Assembly (NCBI GenBank): GCA_001029795.1
Contig: CP011216.1
Location: forward strand, 211,398 to 275,397
Length of the DNA: 64,000 bases
Reading direction: 5' to 3'
Source: a candidate division Kazan bacterium GW2011_GWA1_50_15
Lineage (GTDB): Bacteria > Patescibacteriota > Kazan-3B-28
Within the stretch, counting starts at the first letter, position 1. Each line of letters opens with the position of its first letter. The translations under genes were made by a program, and so were the position numbers. The notes beneath the pieces are model-generated. The model was not told where the DNA came from. It made no database searches and worked only from the letters and a program-made list of their open reading frames with translations. Shown in pieces: positions 63,565-64,000 of the stretch.

Positions 63565-64000
63565 ACAAAGTTTAAAGGCCGCTCATGCGCCCGTAAATAT
63601 TGAATTTATGGCGTGGCGGCCTTTAAAAAGGTGCAAATACCGAACCGTCCCGCCGACGCAAATGACCAGCATCTGCTATCGAATATTTTGGAGACTAGGA
63701 ACAAAATCAACTTTTGTTTTTGTTTTCCAACACGGGACAGTGTCGGAAAGCGAAGCACCACTGGGGGGAGTGATACCTCGCTTCCCGACACTCTCTCTAT
63801 CGCTTATTGTCAAAGGCCTGCACCAAATTATATTACTGTACCACAAGCTAAACCACACGTCAATACCCGTAGCTAGCAAATGCGGTATTGTCGGCTCCTG
63901 AGGCGCAAACTTTTTTAGTTATCCCCACTCCCATCGACCCTGGTTATTCGATGATACGGTCAGACCCTTGAGGCACTATTGTGAAATCTAACAACGCCGC

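Overview
This 64 kb window is gene-dense and looks like a small-genome bacterial chromosome. Archaeal-type AspRS, GluRS plus GatCAB, sortase/PEGA/glycosyltransferase envelope genes and TraD/VirD4-like ATPases are consistent with a Patescibacteria/CPR-like organism; that placement is inference. All calls rest on motif recognition in the supplied translations and visual reading of the DNA; no searches were run.

Recognisable housekeeping genes: murA, ligA, dgkA-like, gatC-gatA-gatB, mfd, pth, der, a PBP5-like DD-carboxypeptidase, aspS, pgi/pmi, nfo, an ATP-dependent DNA ligase, rpoD, purF, peroxiredoxin, ornithine aminotransferase, gltX, four glycosyltransferases, sortase, a thioredoxin-like protein, glyA, rpmA, pyrG, alr, gyrB, pheT and pheS. 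Three tRNAs are present: Glu-CTC, Gln-CTG and Leu-CAA.

Most worth a second look:
- Two paralogous membrane-anchored TraD/TrwB/VirD4-type coupling-protein-like ATPases about 8.5 kb apart, with no other conjugation genes in the window. The first is cut by the window edge.
- A small membrane-anchored HEPN-like ORF flanked by AT-rich inverted repeats, sitting inside the otherwise contiguous gatCAB operon.
- An operon led by an M23 peptidase with three unknown small proteins, beside a Cys-rich 268-aa protein.
- Two ORF-free regions of about 440 and 500 bp with promoter and terminator signals and nested inverted repeats, which may encode structured ncRNAs.
- Recurring intergenic repeat families: GC-rich palindromic GTCATYCC...GGRATGAC units and an AT-rich ACAAATTACAAAT heptad motif.
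- Partial tRNA duplications next to all three tRNA loci, which look like integration-site scars.
- An amidinotransferase-superfamily enzyme paired with ornithine aminotransferase.
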